DNA of 20,000 nt, taken from IMG/VR virus record IMGVR_UViG_3300023179_007799; one strand, 5' to 3'. Below the pieces are notes generated by a model, which saw only the letters and a program-made list of their open reading frames with translations, was not told the DNA's origin and made no database searches. How positions within the stretch are numbered: the stretch's first letter is position 1; each line of letters starts with the position of its first letter. Source of the stretch: an uncultured virus (IMG/VR IMGVR_UViG_3300023179_007799) (Duplodnaviria > Heunggongvirae > Uroviricota > Caudoviricetes). Of this stretch, positions 7,418 through 15,122 are shown piece after piece. Made by a program: the position numbers and the translations under genes.

Positions 7418-9197
7418 AGCAAACGTAGTTTCTGTTCCCATAGGCGACACCGGTCTGAGTGTAACTCTGCAGACCGGTATCGATGCTCAAGGTTTGCAGA
7501 ATCTCTACAACAACCCCAATTCTACTTCGGTGGGATCACAATTGGGAGATGACGGCAATGCACATGTACCGCTGAATTTTACTTTTCCCTATTGGGGCAA
7601 GAATTTTACAGACAGCTGGATGCACAGCAACGGTGTGGTGAGTTTTCAAAACCCCAACAACACTGGCAACTTCTGCTGTGCTGGGCAAGATCTCAAATCC
7701 GCTACAAACTCGCAGTATAATTATGCCATATTTCCCTTGTGGACTGACCTTATCGTGAGATCCGGCAGTGCATATTATATGGGAACTCCTACCAGTATGA
7801 CCTATGGCTGGTATGGCACCAGCGAATACGGCAATAGCAATGCCAAAAACACCTTTGAGGTCAAGATTGACAACAGTGGGGGCTTGGACCTGCGTTGGAG
7901 TGGCGCTCTGATAACCATGCAACCCAACACCATTGGATTTACCGGCGATCTCAGCAAGGGTGAATATTTTCAAGCACACAATGCCTCCAGTCTCACCATC
8001 AACAACGCTACGCAATTAACCATAGCTGGCACCAGTGTTGATCCATGCATAGCAAATCCCTTGTATAGCACCACGTGTCCCGGCTACAAAGAAGCATACC
8101 TACAACAGCAGTGCAATTTGGATCAGTTGTTTTCGCCCAGTTGTCCAGGATACGGGATAGCCTATGCCAAAACAACAATACTTGGCTCAATTGCATCCAA
8201 TGCGTCTGGGGCAAGGTCGACCATGACAGCACCCATGCCCATGCTGGAACCGGGGCCGGCTGGCAGTAATGGGCCAACGACAGGAGGAAACGGGCCCATG
8301 GCAGGCGGTGCACCAGGTGGTGATGGTCCCATGACAGGTGGCGCACCAGGCGGCAGCAGTAATGGACCAACGGCAGGGGGAACCGGGCCCATGGCGGGTG
8401 GCGCACCAGGTGGTGGAACAGGCAGCAGTAGTAATGGTTCAGCCGCGGGCGGCGGTGGAGCGAAATCTAATGTATCCACATCCCAGGTTCTATCTATGAT
8501 CAGTGGAAATGCTGCAAAAGAAAACAACATTGCCATAACTGCAGCCAACACTGCGACTGCACAGGCAATCGAAGCTGGAAATCAAACCACACGAGATGCG
8601 GAAGCAACTGCTAGTACATCGGCCACCCAGAGCAGTTCTGCATCTCTGACCAATGTCTCAAATCAGACGTCTGTATTAGTGGGAGCCTCCAATTTCGCGC
8701 CAGGTGGCGGTATAAAACTTCCTGGTATGTTAAATCTTGGACCCACGGCCAGCAGTGCAGAGTTGGATTCATCAACACCGTCAGCTGCAGGTGCCTCCAC
8801 AACATTTAATCTAAGACAAGAACTTGCTAAATTGTCAGAGGTAGAACTTCTAGAACCACAGGAAGAGTTAAAATCAAACGGATTGAATCCACGTCTAACC
8901 ACAACAACCAATATTCCAGCACAGACCACACCAACTGAACAGCGCACAGATACTGTGAAGAAAAATGCACCCGATAGCACAGTGGCTGGCGATGTTTCAA
9001 TTGCTGCCATGGCCACACAGCCTGCGGGATACAGTGCATACTCTCTAACCATGCCCGACACATCGTTTTATGCACCTAAAGAAATTTATCGAAATCAGAA
9101 GGTCGTGGACAATCAGCGTCTGATGCGAGGGTTAACTCGCGGTAGTGATAGTCTGCACGAACAAATGATGGAACAACAGTATCCCATAACAAAATAA
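7347..9197 (+). CDS. Secreted protein with a nidogen-like (NIDO) N-terminal domain, Cys repeats and a Gly/Pro linker (start corrected to ATG 7347, 616 aa)
   Basis: Signal-like MTPIKRWVSVLCWVLLSTNYSASKA with GAGGA SD at 7331. NIDO-type motifs DDG...VPLNFTFPYWG..F...WMHSNGVVSF, IFPLWTDL, NTFEV. Two C..(N/D).L(Y/F)S..CPGY repeats. Confidence 0.8.
   Translation: MTPIKRWVSVLCWVLLSTNYSASKANVVSVPIGDTGLSVTLQTGIDAQGLQNLYNNPNSTSVGSQLGDDGNAHVPLNFTFPYWGKNFTDSWMHSNGVVSFQNPNNTGNFCCAGQDLKSATNSQYNYAIFPLWTDLIVRSGSAYYMGTPTSMTYGWYGTSEYGNSNAKNTFEVKIDNSGGLDLRWSGALITMQPNTIGFTGDLSKGEYFQAHNASSLTINNATQLTIAGTSVDPCIANPLYSTTCPGYKEAYLQQQCNLDQLFSPSCPGYGIAYAKTTILGSIASNASGARSTMTAPMPMLEPGPAGSNGPTTGGNGPMAGGAPGGDGPMTGGAPGGSSNGPTAGGTGPMAGGAPGGGTGSSSNGSAAGGGGAKSNVSTSQVLSMISGNAAKENNIAITAANTATAQAIEAGNQTTRDAEATASTSATQSSSASLTNVSNQTSVLVGASNFAPGGGIKLPGMLNLGPTASSAELDSSTPSAAGASTTFNLRQELAKLSEVELLEPQEELKSNGLNPRLTTTTNIPAQTTPTEQRTDTVKKNAPDSTVAGDVSIAAMATQPAGYSAYSLTMPDTSFYAPKEIYRNQKVVDNQRLMRGLTRGSDSLHEQMMEQQYPITK
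8250..8462 (+). repeat. Gly/Pro-rich coding repeats (GPM(A/T)GGAPGG x3; NGPT.GG x2)
   Basis: Repeated DNA units such as gggcccatggc.gg.gg.gcaccagg.gg; GC-rich patch. Confidence 0.85.
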
Positions 9198-9210
9198 CAA
9201 GGAGCGGATC

Positions 9211-9798
9211 ATGACAGAAGAAATCAAAGATGTCAATGCAAAAATTGACCAAGCAGAAGCAGCAGTAAAGAAGTATGCCAGCAAGGACACTGTGATCAGT
9301 ATCGGCGGTTATGAATTTACACCTGCCAAACTCATGGTGGCTGCTACCATTGTGAGTTCCACCCTGGGTGGTCTGTACGGCTGTTTTGAGGTCTACAAAG
9401 ATTACATGGGCATGAAGAAAAAAATTGCCGAGTATGCGGCACCAGATCTGTCAGGGTTCGACAAGCGACTGGCTGTGATTGAAGAAAACAGCCAGAAATC
9501 CAGTGACTACACTCGAGATATTAAGAATGATCTTAAAAATGATATCCGTCGCAATGAGTCAGTGACTGAACAAGTGGAGCGCAGTGTCAAGCAGGCTCAG
9601 CGCGAAACTGAACAGGAAATGCGTCAGGCCCGCAAGGACATACGTGAAGATCTGGACAAAGCTCGCGGTGAAGTCACAGCCATTCGCAGAGAGATGGCCG
9701 ATGCGCGTCGTGACATCAGTCGGGAAGTCGAGCAGATGAAGAAGGAAGTAGATTCCAAGATCCAAAAGGCCATGGACAACCCCTTGGCCAACCGATGA
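9211..9798 (+). CDS. Single-TM protein with a long amphipathic coiled coil (195 aa)
   Basis: SD AAGGAG. Hydrophobic segment LMVAATIVSSTLGGLYGCF, a charged helix with roughly 11-residue periodicity, and a DNPLANR end. Confidence 0.85.
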   Translation: MTEEIKDVNAKIDQAEAAVKKYASKDTVISIGGYEFTPAKLMVAATIVSSTLGGLYGCFEVYKDYMGMKKKIAEYAAPDLSGFDKRLAVIEENSQKSSDYTRDIKNDLKNDIRRNESVTEQVERSVKQAQRETEQEMRQARKDIREDLDKARGEVTAIRREMADARRDISREVEQMKKEVDSKIQKAMDNPLANR

Positions 9799-9814
9799 TT
9801 TTTTAGTTCAAACA

Positions 9815-9822
9815 AATAAATA
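9815..9822 (+). promoter_or_regulatory. Putative late promoter (AATAAATA)
   Basis: Intergenic, about 30 nt before ATG 9852. Confidence 0.55.
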
Positions 9823-9851
9823 ATAATACATTTTAAAAAGGATTTTCAATC

Positions 9852-10373
9852 ATGGCAAAACGAGAAGATTGGATGCAAACAATGTGGAGACCAGCCATGG
9901 GCTGGTTATATATGCTGATCTGTTTCCTGGACATGGCGGTGTTCCCAGTGTTGTGGACGCTGTGGCAGGGGTGGAATCATGTGCCAATCACTCAATGGAA
10001 TCCGCTAACACTACAAGGTGCGGGTTTATTCCACATTGCCATGGGCGCCGTTCTGGGTATTGCAGCATTTGGTCGTACCCAGGAAAAACTGGCAGGCACT
10101 GCAGCTAACCCAACAGCAACAGCGCAAACCATGACAACCAATACCATTGGTGTTCCTGGCGGAATGGGCGGTGGGTTTGGTGGCAGTGTTGGTGGTTTTG
10201 GTGGCAGTGTTGGTGGTTTTGGTGGCAGTACTGGTGGTTTTAATTCCCCAACACCTGCTGCAACTGGGGGCTTCAACACTGGTTTTAACAGTGCCGATAC
10301 CAGCACTGGGTTTGGATCGGACTCGGCTAATTTGGGCGACGCTCCTCCACCCAGACGAAGAAAAATAACTTAA
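9852..10373 (+). CDS. Holin-like membrane protein (GTA 3TM-holin family-like) with a Gly-rich C-terminal tail
   Basis: W...WRPAMGW.Y N-terminus and LG.AAFGRT.EK motif are typical of the 3TM holin family. Hydrophobic segments; basic C-terminus RRRK. Confidence 0.7.
   Translation: MAKREDWMQTMWRPAMGWLYMLICFLDMAVFPVLWTLWQGWNHVPITQWNPLTLQGAGLFHIAMGAVLGIAAFGRTQEKLAGTAANPTATAQTMTTNTIGVPGGMGGGFGGSVGGFGGSVGGFGGSTGGFNSPTPAATGGFNTGFNSADTSTGFGSDSANLGDAPPPRRRKIT
10179..10241 (+). repeat. 21-bp tandem repeat x3 encoding GGS(V/T)GGF
   Basis: ggtggcagtgttggtggtttt twice, then ggtggcagtactggtggtttt. Confidence 0.9.
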
Positions 10374-10393
10374 TAATAGTCGAAAAGTCAGAG

Positions 10394-10437
10394 TAAATAA
10401 AAAGGTAAGCATGTTTGACAGCTTACCTTTTTGTTTA
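10394..10437. terminator. Inverted repeat; probable terminator (possibly bidirectional) enclosing the -35 box of the dnaJ promoter
   Basis: AAAAAGGTAAGC (10399-10410) / GCTTACCTTTTT (10421-10432) is a perfect 12-bp stem, extendable by TAAAT/GTTTA with one G-U pair. Loop ATGTTTGACA. Confidence 0.7.
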
Positions 10438-10443
10438 TATAAT
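10415..10443 (+). promoter_or_regulatory. Consensus sigma70 promoter for dnaJ
   Basis: TTGACA (10415-10420), 17-nt spacer, TATAAT (10438-10443): a perfect consensus. Confidence 0.85.
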
Positions 10444-10452
10444 ATTAAGACC

Positions 10453-11298
10453 ATGCAAGACTTATATCAGATACTGGGCGTAAATAAAAACGCCACCGAA
10501 GAAGAAATCAAACAGGCCTACCGAAAGTTGGCCATGAAGCACCACCCAGATCGTGGTGGTGATGAAAAACAATTTCAAGAAATTAAAAATGCCTATGAAG
10601 TTCTGAGTGACCCTGTCCGGAGACAACAACACGATAACCCCGGCCCATTCCACCATCATCACGGCAACCATGAGCACAGTCATTTTGAATTCCATTTTGG
10701 CGGAGGTGGTCCACAGGATATCTTCGCACAGTTCTTTAATCAGGGGTTTGGGGCACATCCTTTCCAAAGACAACCAAGAAAAAACAAAGATCTCAGAGTC
10801 AGACTGGGAGTTGACCTTGCCAGTACACTGCAGTCACAGGAAAAAACCATCAGTGTACAGACCACCAAGGGGGATAGATTTACAGTGGATGTGAGTATTC
10901 CCCGTGGTATTGACGATGGAACAACTATCAAATTTTCTCAGCTGGGAGATAACTTTTTTGACACATTAACAAGAGGCGATCTATACGTCATAATTTCAGT
11001 TAATCCAGATCCCAGATATGAAATCGCCGGCAACAATCTCGTCACTCAGGTGGAAATTGATTCCCTACAGGCCATGCTGGGTTTGGAAACACAGGTCACT
11101 GGAATCGATGGCAGAGTATTCGCCATCCGAATACCACAGGGGTGCCAGTATGGAACAAGACTTGGGCTACAGGGGCAAGGCTTGTATCAGTTGAACAGCC
11201 ATATTCGAGGAGATTTAATCGTTGATATAAGAATTAAAACACCTGTGTTAAATGAAAAGCAGTTGGAGCTTCTTAGACAATTGCAGACCACGCTGTAA
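10453..11298 (+). CDS. dnaJ: DnaJ-class co-chaperone, type II/CbpA-like with no zinc finger (start corrected to ATG 10453, 281 aa)
   Basis: J-domain DLYQILGV...IKQAYRKLAMKHHPDRGG...AYEVLSD with HPD motif, G/F-rich linker, and DnaJ C-terminal domain (IPRG, GDLYV, G.G, RGDLIV). No CxxCxGxG repeats. Confidence 0.92.
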   Translation: MQDLYQILGVNKNATEEEIKQAYRKLAMKHHPDRGGDEKQFQEIKNAYEVLSDPVRRQQHDNPGPFHHHHGNHEHSHFEFHFGGGGPQDIFAQFFNQGFGAHPFQRQPRKNKDLRVRLGVDLASTLQSQEKTISVQTTKGDRFTVDVSIPRGIDDGTTIKFSQLGDNFFDTLTRGDLYVIISVNPDPRYEIAGNNLVTQVEIDSLQAMLGLETQVTGIDGRVFAIRIPQGCQYGTRLGLQGQGLYQLNSHIRGDLIVDIRIKTPVLNEKQLELLRQLQTTL

Positions 11299-11301
11299 AT
11301 A
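11294..11301 (+). promoter_or_regulatory. Putative late promoter (TGTAAATA) before clpA
   Basis: TAAATA core overlapping the dnaJ stop, about 32 nt before ATG 11333. Confidence 0.45.
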
Positions 11302-11332
11302 GTATTACCCTTACAAGGAACCAACGAGTAAC

Positions 11333-13621
11333 ATGCAATCAAATCCAGAAATTGAAAAGATCATCAGTAACGCTTGCGAAATCGCCACCGGTTATAATCA
11401 CAAATATGTAACACTGGAACATCTGTTGGCAGCATTGGTGGAGTTTCCCAACTTCAATAGTTTGCTGACAAAATTTGGCGTTGAAGATGACGAACTGCTT
11501 CGAGACATATATGATTATCTGGGCAAACAAGATCATCTGATTAAGCCCGAAGATGATCAAACAGCGCCACAAAAAACACACAGTCTGGAACGTGTGTTTA
11601 ACCGAGCATTCACTCAGGTGTTGTTCAGTGCCCGAGATCAAATGGAGCCCATTGATTTGTATCTGAGTATCTCTCAGGAGCAACAAAGCCACGCGGCTTA
11701 CTTTTTACTCAAGTGGGGCGTGGAACGAAAGAATTTCTTTGAATTTTATCAGAAAAAGACCAATGTGGTGGCCCGAGGTAAAAATGGTAAACCCAAGGCC
11801 GAATATGCTGACAAGATCCTGACCGAACACTGCACTAATCTCAACAGTCTGGTGGTGGAAGGTAAAATTGACCCAGTGATTGGGCGTGAATACGAATTGG
11901 AAGAAATTGCTCAGGTTCTGGCCAGACGCAGCAAGAGTAACGTGCTGATGATTGGTGATCCTGGCGTGGGCAAGACTGCCATCGCCGAGGGGCTGGCCTA
12001 CAAAATTGTTCACGGTGCTGTGCCTGAATATCTCAGAAGCTATACCGTGTACAGTCTGGAAATTGGAAGTTTGCTGGCTGGCAGCAAGTACCGCGGTGAG
12101 TTTGAAGAAAAACTCAAGGATGTGTTGGCTGCACTGGATGAAAAGGGCAACACCATCCTGTTCATTGACGAAGCGCATCAGATGCGTGGTGCAGGTGCCG
12201 GCAACAGCAGCAGTGTGGACTTTGCCAACATGATCAAACCTGCATTGTCCCGTGGCAAAATCAAAGTCATTGCCAGTACAACATTTGAAGAATACACGCA
12301 GAGTTTTGAAAAAGATCGTGCACTCATGCGTAGATTCTACAAACTCAGCATTGATGAGCCCAGCCCCGAAGTGGCCAAGGACATCCTGTATGGACTGCGC
12401 ATGCATTTTGAAAGGTTCCACGGTGGCACTATTACAGATGATGCCATTGAAGCAGCAGTGGATCTCAGTGTCAGATATCAAGCTGATCGACGTTTGCCAG
12501 ACAAGGCCATTGATCTGATCGACATGAGTTGTGCTGTGCTTAAAATCAAGAACCCAGAGTTTGTGGTGGATAAATCCGTAATCACAGACACCATCAGTCG
12601 AGCCACCAAGATTCCCATGGAAAACCTGACAGATCAGAAGACTGTGGACAATCTGGCAAACATGGAATCAACCATCAAGGAACGTCTGTATGGACAAAAC
12701 ACTGCAGTGGACACTGTGTTAGACAAGATCTACGTGGCCAAGGCTGGTATGAAGGGCCACAACAAACCCGTGGGTAGTTTCTTGTTCCTGGGACCCACTG
12801 GCACTGGTAAAACTGAACTGGCCAAATTGCTGAGTGAAACCATGAACATGTCTCTGCTGCGATATGACATGAGTGAATATCAGGAAAAGCACAGTGTGGC
12901 CAAGCTGATTGGTGCGCCACCAGGATATGTGGGGTATGAAGACTCCAATCTGGCAGGCGGACTGCTGATCAGCGATGTTGAACGCAACCCCCATGCAATT
13001 ATCCTGCTGGATGAAATTGAAAAAGCCCATCCCGACATCAGCAATCTGTTGTTACAAATCATGGACGAGGGTACCATTACTGCCAGCAATGGCAAAAAGG
13101 CCGATTGCCGCAATGCCATTGTGATCCTCACCAGCAACCTGGGCGCTGCTGACAACGAACTCAACAATATTGGTTTTGGTCGCAGTCTGGAAAAAACTGA
13201 TCAAGATGATGAGGCTGTCAAGAAGTTCTTCAAACCCGAGTTCCGCAATCGCCTGGACGCAGTGGTCAAATTTGGCAAGCTGGACAAGATCTCCATGAAG
13301 AAGATTGTGGTCAAGTATCTGAACGAACTCAACAATCTGTTGGCAGAAAAGAAGATCAAAATCAGAGCCAGTGAAGAAATGGTGGACCATCTGGTTGCTG
13401 AGGGGTTTGACAATAAGATGGGTGCCAGACCCTTGGCCAGAAAGATTGATAGCCTGATCAAAGTGCCAGTGAGTAAAAAGATCCTATTCGAAAATGTCGA
13501 AGCAGGCAGCGTTATTGCAGTGGATTACCATGAAGAACAGGTTAAGTTTGTGGTGATCCCGCCAACTCCAGTTGACCTTTTGACCAACAAGACTGTTGAT
13601 GAGCAGGGATTTATCGTATAG
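11333..13621 (+). CDS. clpA: ATP-dependent Clp protease ATP-binding subunit, ClpA-like (762 aa)
   Basis: Clp N-domain (HKYVTLEHLL). AAA1: GDPGVGKT, LFIDEAH, GSKYRGEFEE. AAA2: GPTGTGKT, LLDEIEKAHPD, GAPPGYVG. ClpP-docking loop IGF; PEFRNRLD; GARPL. No long ClpB middle domain. Confidence 0.93.
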   Translation: MQSNPEIEKIISNACEIATGYNHKYVTLEHLLAALVEFPNFNSLLTKFGVEDDELLRDIYDYLGKQDHLIKPEDDQTAPQKTHSLERVFNRAFTQVLFSARDQMEPIDLYLSISQEQQSHAAYFLLKWGVERKNFFEFYQKKTNVVARGKNGKPKAEYADKILTEHCTNLNSLVVEGKIDPVIGREYELEEIAQVLARRSKSNVLMIGDPGVGKTAIAEGLAYKIVHGAVPEYLRSYTVYSLEIGSLLAGSKYRGEFEEKLKDVLAALDEKGNTILFIDEAHQMRGAGAGNSSSVDFANMIKPALSRGKIKVIASTTFEEYTQSFEKDRALMRRFYKLSIDEPSPEVAKDILYGLRMHFERFHGGTITDDAIEAAVDLSVRYQADRRLPDKAIDLIDMSCAVLKIKNPEFVVDKSVITDTISRATKIPMENLTDQKTVDNLANMESTIKERLYGQNTAVDTVLDKIYVAKAGMKGHNKPVGSFLFLGPTGTGKTELAKLLSETMNMSLLRYDMSEYQEKHSVAKLIGAPPGYVGYEDSNLAGGLLISDVERNPHAIILLDEIEKAHPDISNLLLQIMDEGTITASNGKKADCRNAIVILTSNLGAADNELNNIGFGRSLEKTDQDDEAVKKFFKPEFRNRLDAVVKFGKLDKISMKKIVVKYLNELNNLLAEKKIKIRASEEMVDHLVAEGFDNKMGARPLARKIDSLIKVPVSKKILFENVEAGSVIAVDYHEEQVKFVVIPPTPVDLLTNKTVDEQGFIV

Positions 13622-13649
13622 TATTATTTTAGTTGCCAGGCAGGCCCAC

Positions 13650-13657
13650 TATAAATA
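13650..13657 (+). promoter_or_regulatory. T4-type late promoter TATAAATA
   Basis: Exact consensus, intergenic, about 27 nt before ATG 13684. Confidence 0.75.
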
Positions 13658-13683
13658 GTAGTATATTATTTTAGGAGCCTGTG

Positions 13684-13848
13684 ATGGCAAAATTACACGA
13701 AGAAGTGTTGGTAATTAAAGTGAGTAAACTGTTAAAGGACAGTGAAAGCACAGCAGAAATTATCAGCAACGAAGTATTACATAGTCTAGAAGAAGTAGTA
13801 GGCGAACTTGCAGGTGTAGGCACACTTGTAGAAATCGAAAGAGCATAA
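13684..13848 (+). CDS. 54-aa hypothetical protein, absent from the ORF track (MAKLHEEVLVIKVSKLLKDSESTAEIISNEVLHSLEEVVGELAGVGTLVEIERA)
   Basis: AGGAG SD at 13673-13677 and a late promoter upstream; TAA at 13846-13848. Beta-alpha-beta-like pattern. Confidence 0.85.
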   Translation: MAKLHEEVLVIKVSKLLKDSESTAEIISNEVLHSLEEVVGELAGVGTLVEIERA

Positions 13849-13874
13849 TTTACATTTATTAAGAGAGAACATCA

Positions 13875-14654
13875 ATGAGCAAGCAATCCAAGCGTATCAA
13901 GCCCAACCAACCACAAATGATTCAATCCATGCCAGCACAACCTGCTTACGATTTCAGCAAGGTGCATATTCACTTTGGTATTCCCTGCTACGGTGGACAG
14001 ATTACTGAGCCCTGCTTTACCAGTTTCCTGCGTTTTATTCTGATGGCACAGAAGGTTGGCCTACAATGGAGTCTGGATACCATGGTCAATGAAAGCCTGG
14101 TAACTCGTGCCCGTAACAATCTCATGGCCAAGATGATGACCAATGAAAAAGCCACACACTTCATGTTCATTGATGCTGATATCCGTTTCCAACCCGAAGC
14201 CATTCTGATGATGTTGTCTGCTGACAAGGATGTCATTGGTGGCCTGTATCCCAAGAAGGCCCTGCCAATTCAGTATGTGATCAACGTGCAGCCCGGCACA
14301 CAAATTATTAATGACGTATTTAAGGTGGACACCATGGGCACGGGTTTCATGATGTTCAAACGTCATGTTTATGAAAAGCTGTGTGCGGCTCATCCAGAAT
14401 GCAAGTATGTGGACGATGTTGGCCTGGGCAAGCAATACGAACCCACCATGTATTCAATCTTTGACACTCTGATTGATGAAAAGGGTCATTATTTGAGCGA
14501 AGACTGGACTTTCTGCCGTCGCTGGGCCGCACTGGGTGGTGAAACCTATGCTCATGCCAAGGTACTGCTGAACCACAGTGGGCACTATGAATTTGCTGGC
14601 GATCTGAGTGTGTTGACTGGCAACAAAAATGTAGATCAAGGAGCAGAAGAATGA
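13875..14654 (+). CDS. GT-A fold glycosyltransferase-like protein (259 aa)
   Basis: GIPCYGG, ESLVTRARN, DxD motif THFMFIDADI, GG.YPKK, GTGFMM..R, and YLSEDWTFCRRW...GG, a motif set typical of phage GT-A proteins. Confidence 0.8.
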   Translation: MSKQSKRIKPNQPQMIQSMPAQPAYDFSKVHIHFGIPCYGGQITEPCFTSFLRFILMAQKVGLQWSLDTMVNESLVTRARNNLMAKMMTNEKATHFMFIDADIRFQPEAILMMLSADKDVIGGLYPKKALPIQYVINVQPGTQIINDVFKVDTMGTGFMMFKRHVYEKLCAAHPECKYVDDVGLGKQYEPTMYSIFDTLIDEKGHYLSEDWTFCRRWAALGGETYAHAKVLLNHSGHYEFAGDLSVLTGNKNVDQGAEE

Positions 14655-15097
14655 GCACAGAAACCCTAAATTTTAAAGTGACACTTAGTGGAACGTTCTG
14701 GGACAAACGTCCAAAGTTTTCAATCTGGATTGATGACACCAAAATCCAGGATGGGGAAATCACCAGTGCCGAGCATCAGACTATTGAATTTTCTCAGGAA
14801 CTTTCCGAGACCGATCACCAACTCAAGATCAGACTAGAGAATAAAGAAGATACTGATGTTGTGCAGGAAAACGGAAGTATTATCAAAGACATGTTACTAA
14901 ACATTGAAGATATCTCGATTGATGACATCCCCCTGGGACATCAACTTTGGAAATCCACATACTATCCTGACGAAAAAAAGATGTTTAATGGTGAAGAAAT
15001 TGAATCAATATCTGGATGCGTAAATCTGGGCTGGAATGGTTCATATGTAGTAAATTTTTCCAGTCCGTTCTATATCTGGTTGTTAGAAAATTCATAA
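14651..15097 (+). CDS. Hypothetical beta-rich protein (148 aa)
   Basis: ATGA overlap and AGGAG SD. Alternating hydrophobic strands; ends NLGWNG...FSSPFYIWLLEN. Confidence 0.75.
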   Translation: MSTETLNFKVTLSGTFWDKRPKFSIWIDDTKIQDGEITSAEHQTIEFSQELSETDHQLKIRLENKEDTDVVQENGSIIKDMLLNIEDISIDDIPLGHQLWKSTYYPDEKKMFNGEEIESISGCVNLGWNGSYVVNFSSPFYIWLLENS

Positions 15098-15122
15098 ATT
15101 ATATTTTTGGAAATAGTGTTTT

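Noticed and set aside
7536..9075. Several minus-strand and alternative-frame ORFs of 64-159 aa
   Set aside because: They lie wholly within the NIDO-like gene and have no SD or recognisable motifs.
10399..10432. Inverted repeat upstream of dnaJ as a CIRCE (HrcA) element
   Set aside because: The arms do not match TTAGCACTC-N9-GAGTGCTAA.
10411..10452. Track start for dnaJ at 10411 (and track starts at 1460, 2620, 6380, 7275)
   Set aside because: These extensions run through promoters or upstream genes. Downstream ATGs (10453, 1496, 2686, 6392, 7347) fit domain boundaries, SD sites or translational coupling better.
11339..13461. Antisense and alternative-frame ORFs up to 258 aa within clpA
   Set aside because: They are codon-bias shadows of a highly conserved gene.
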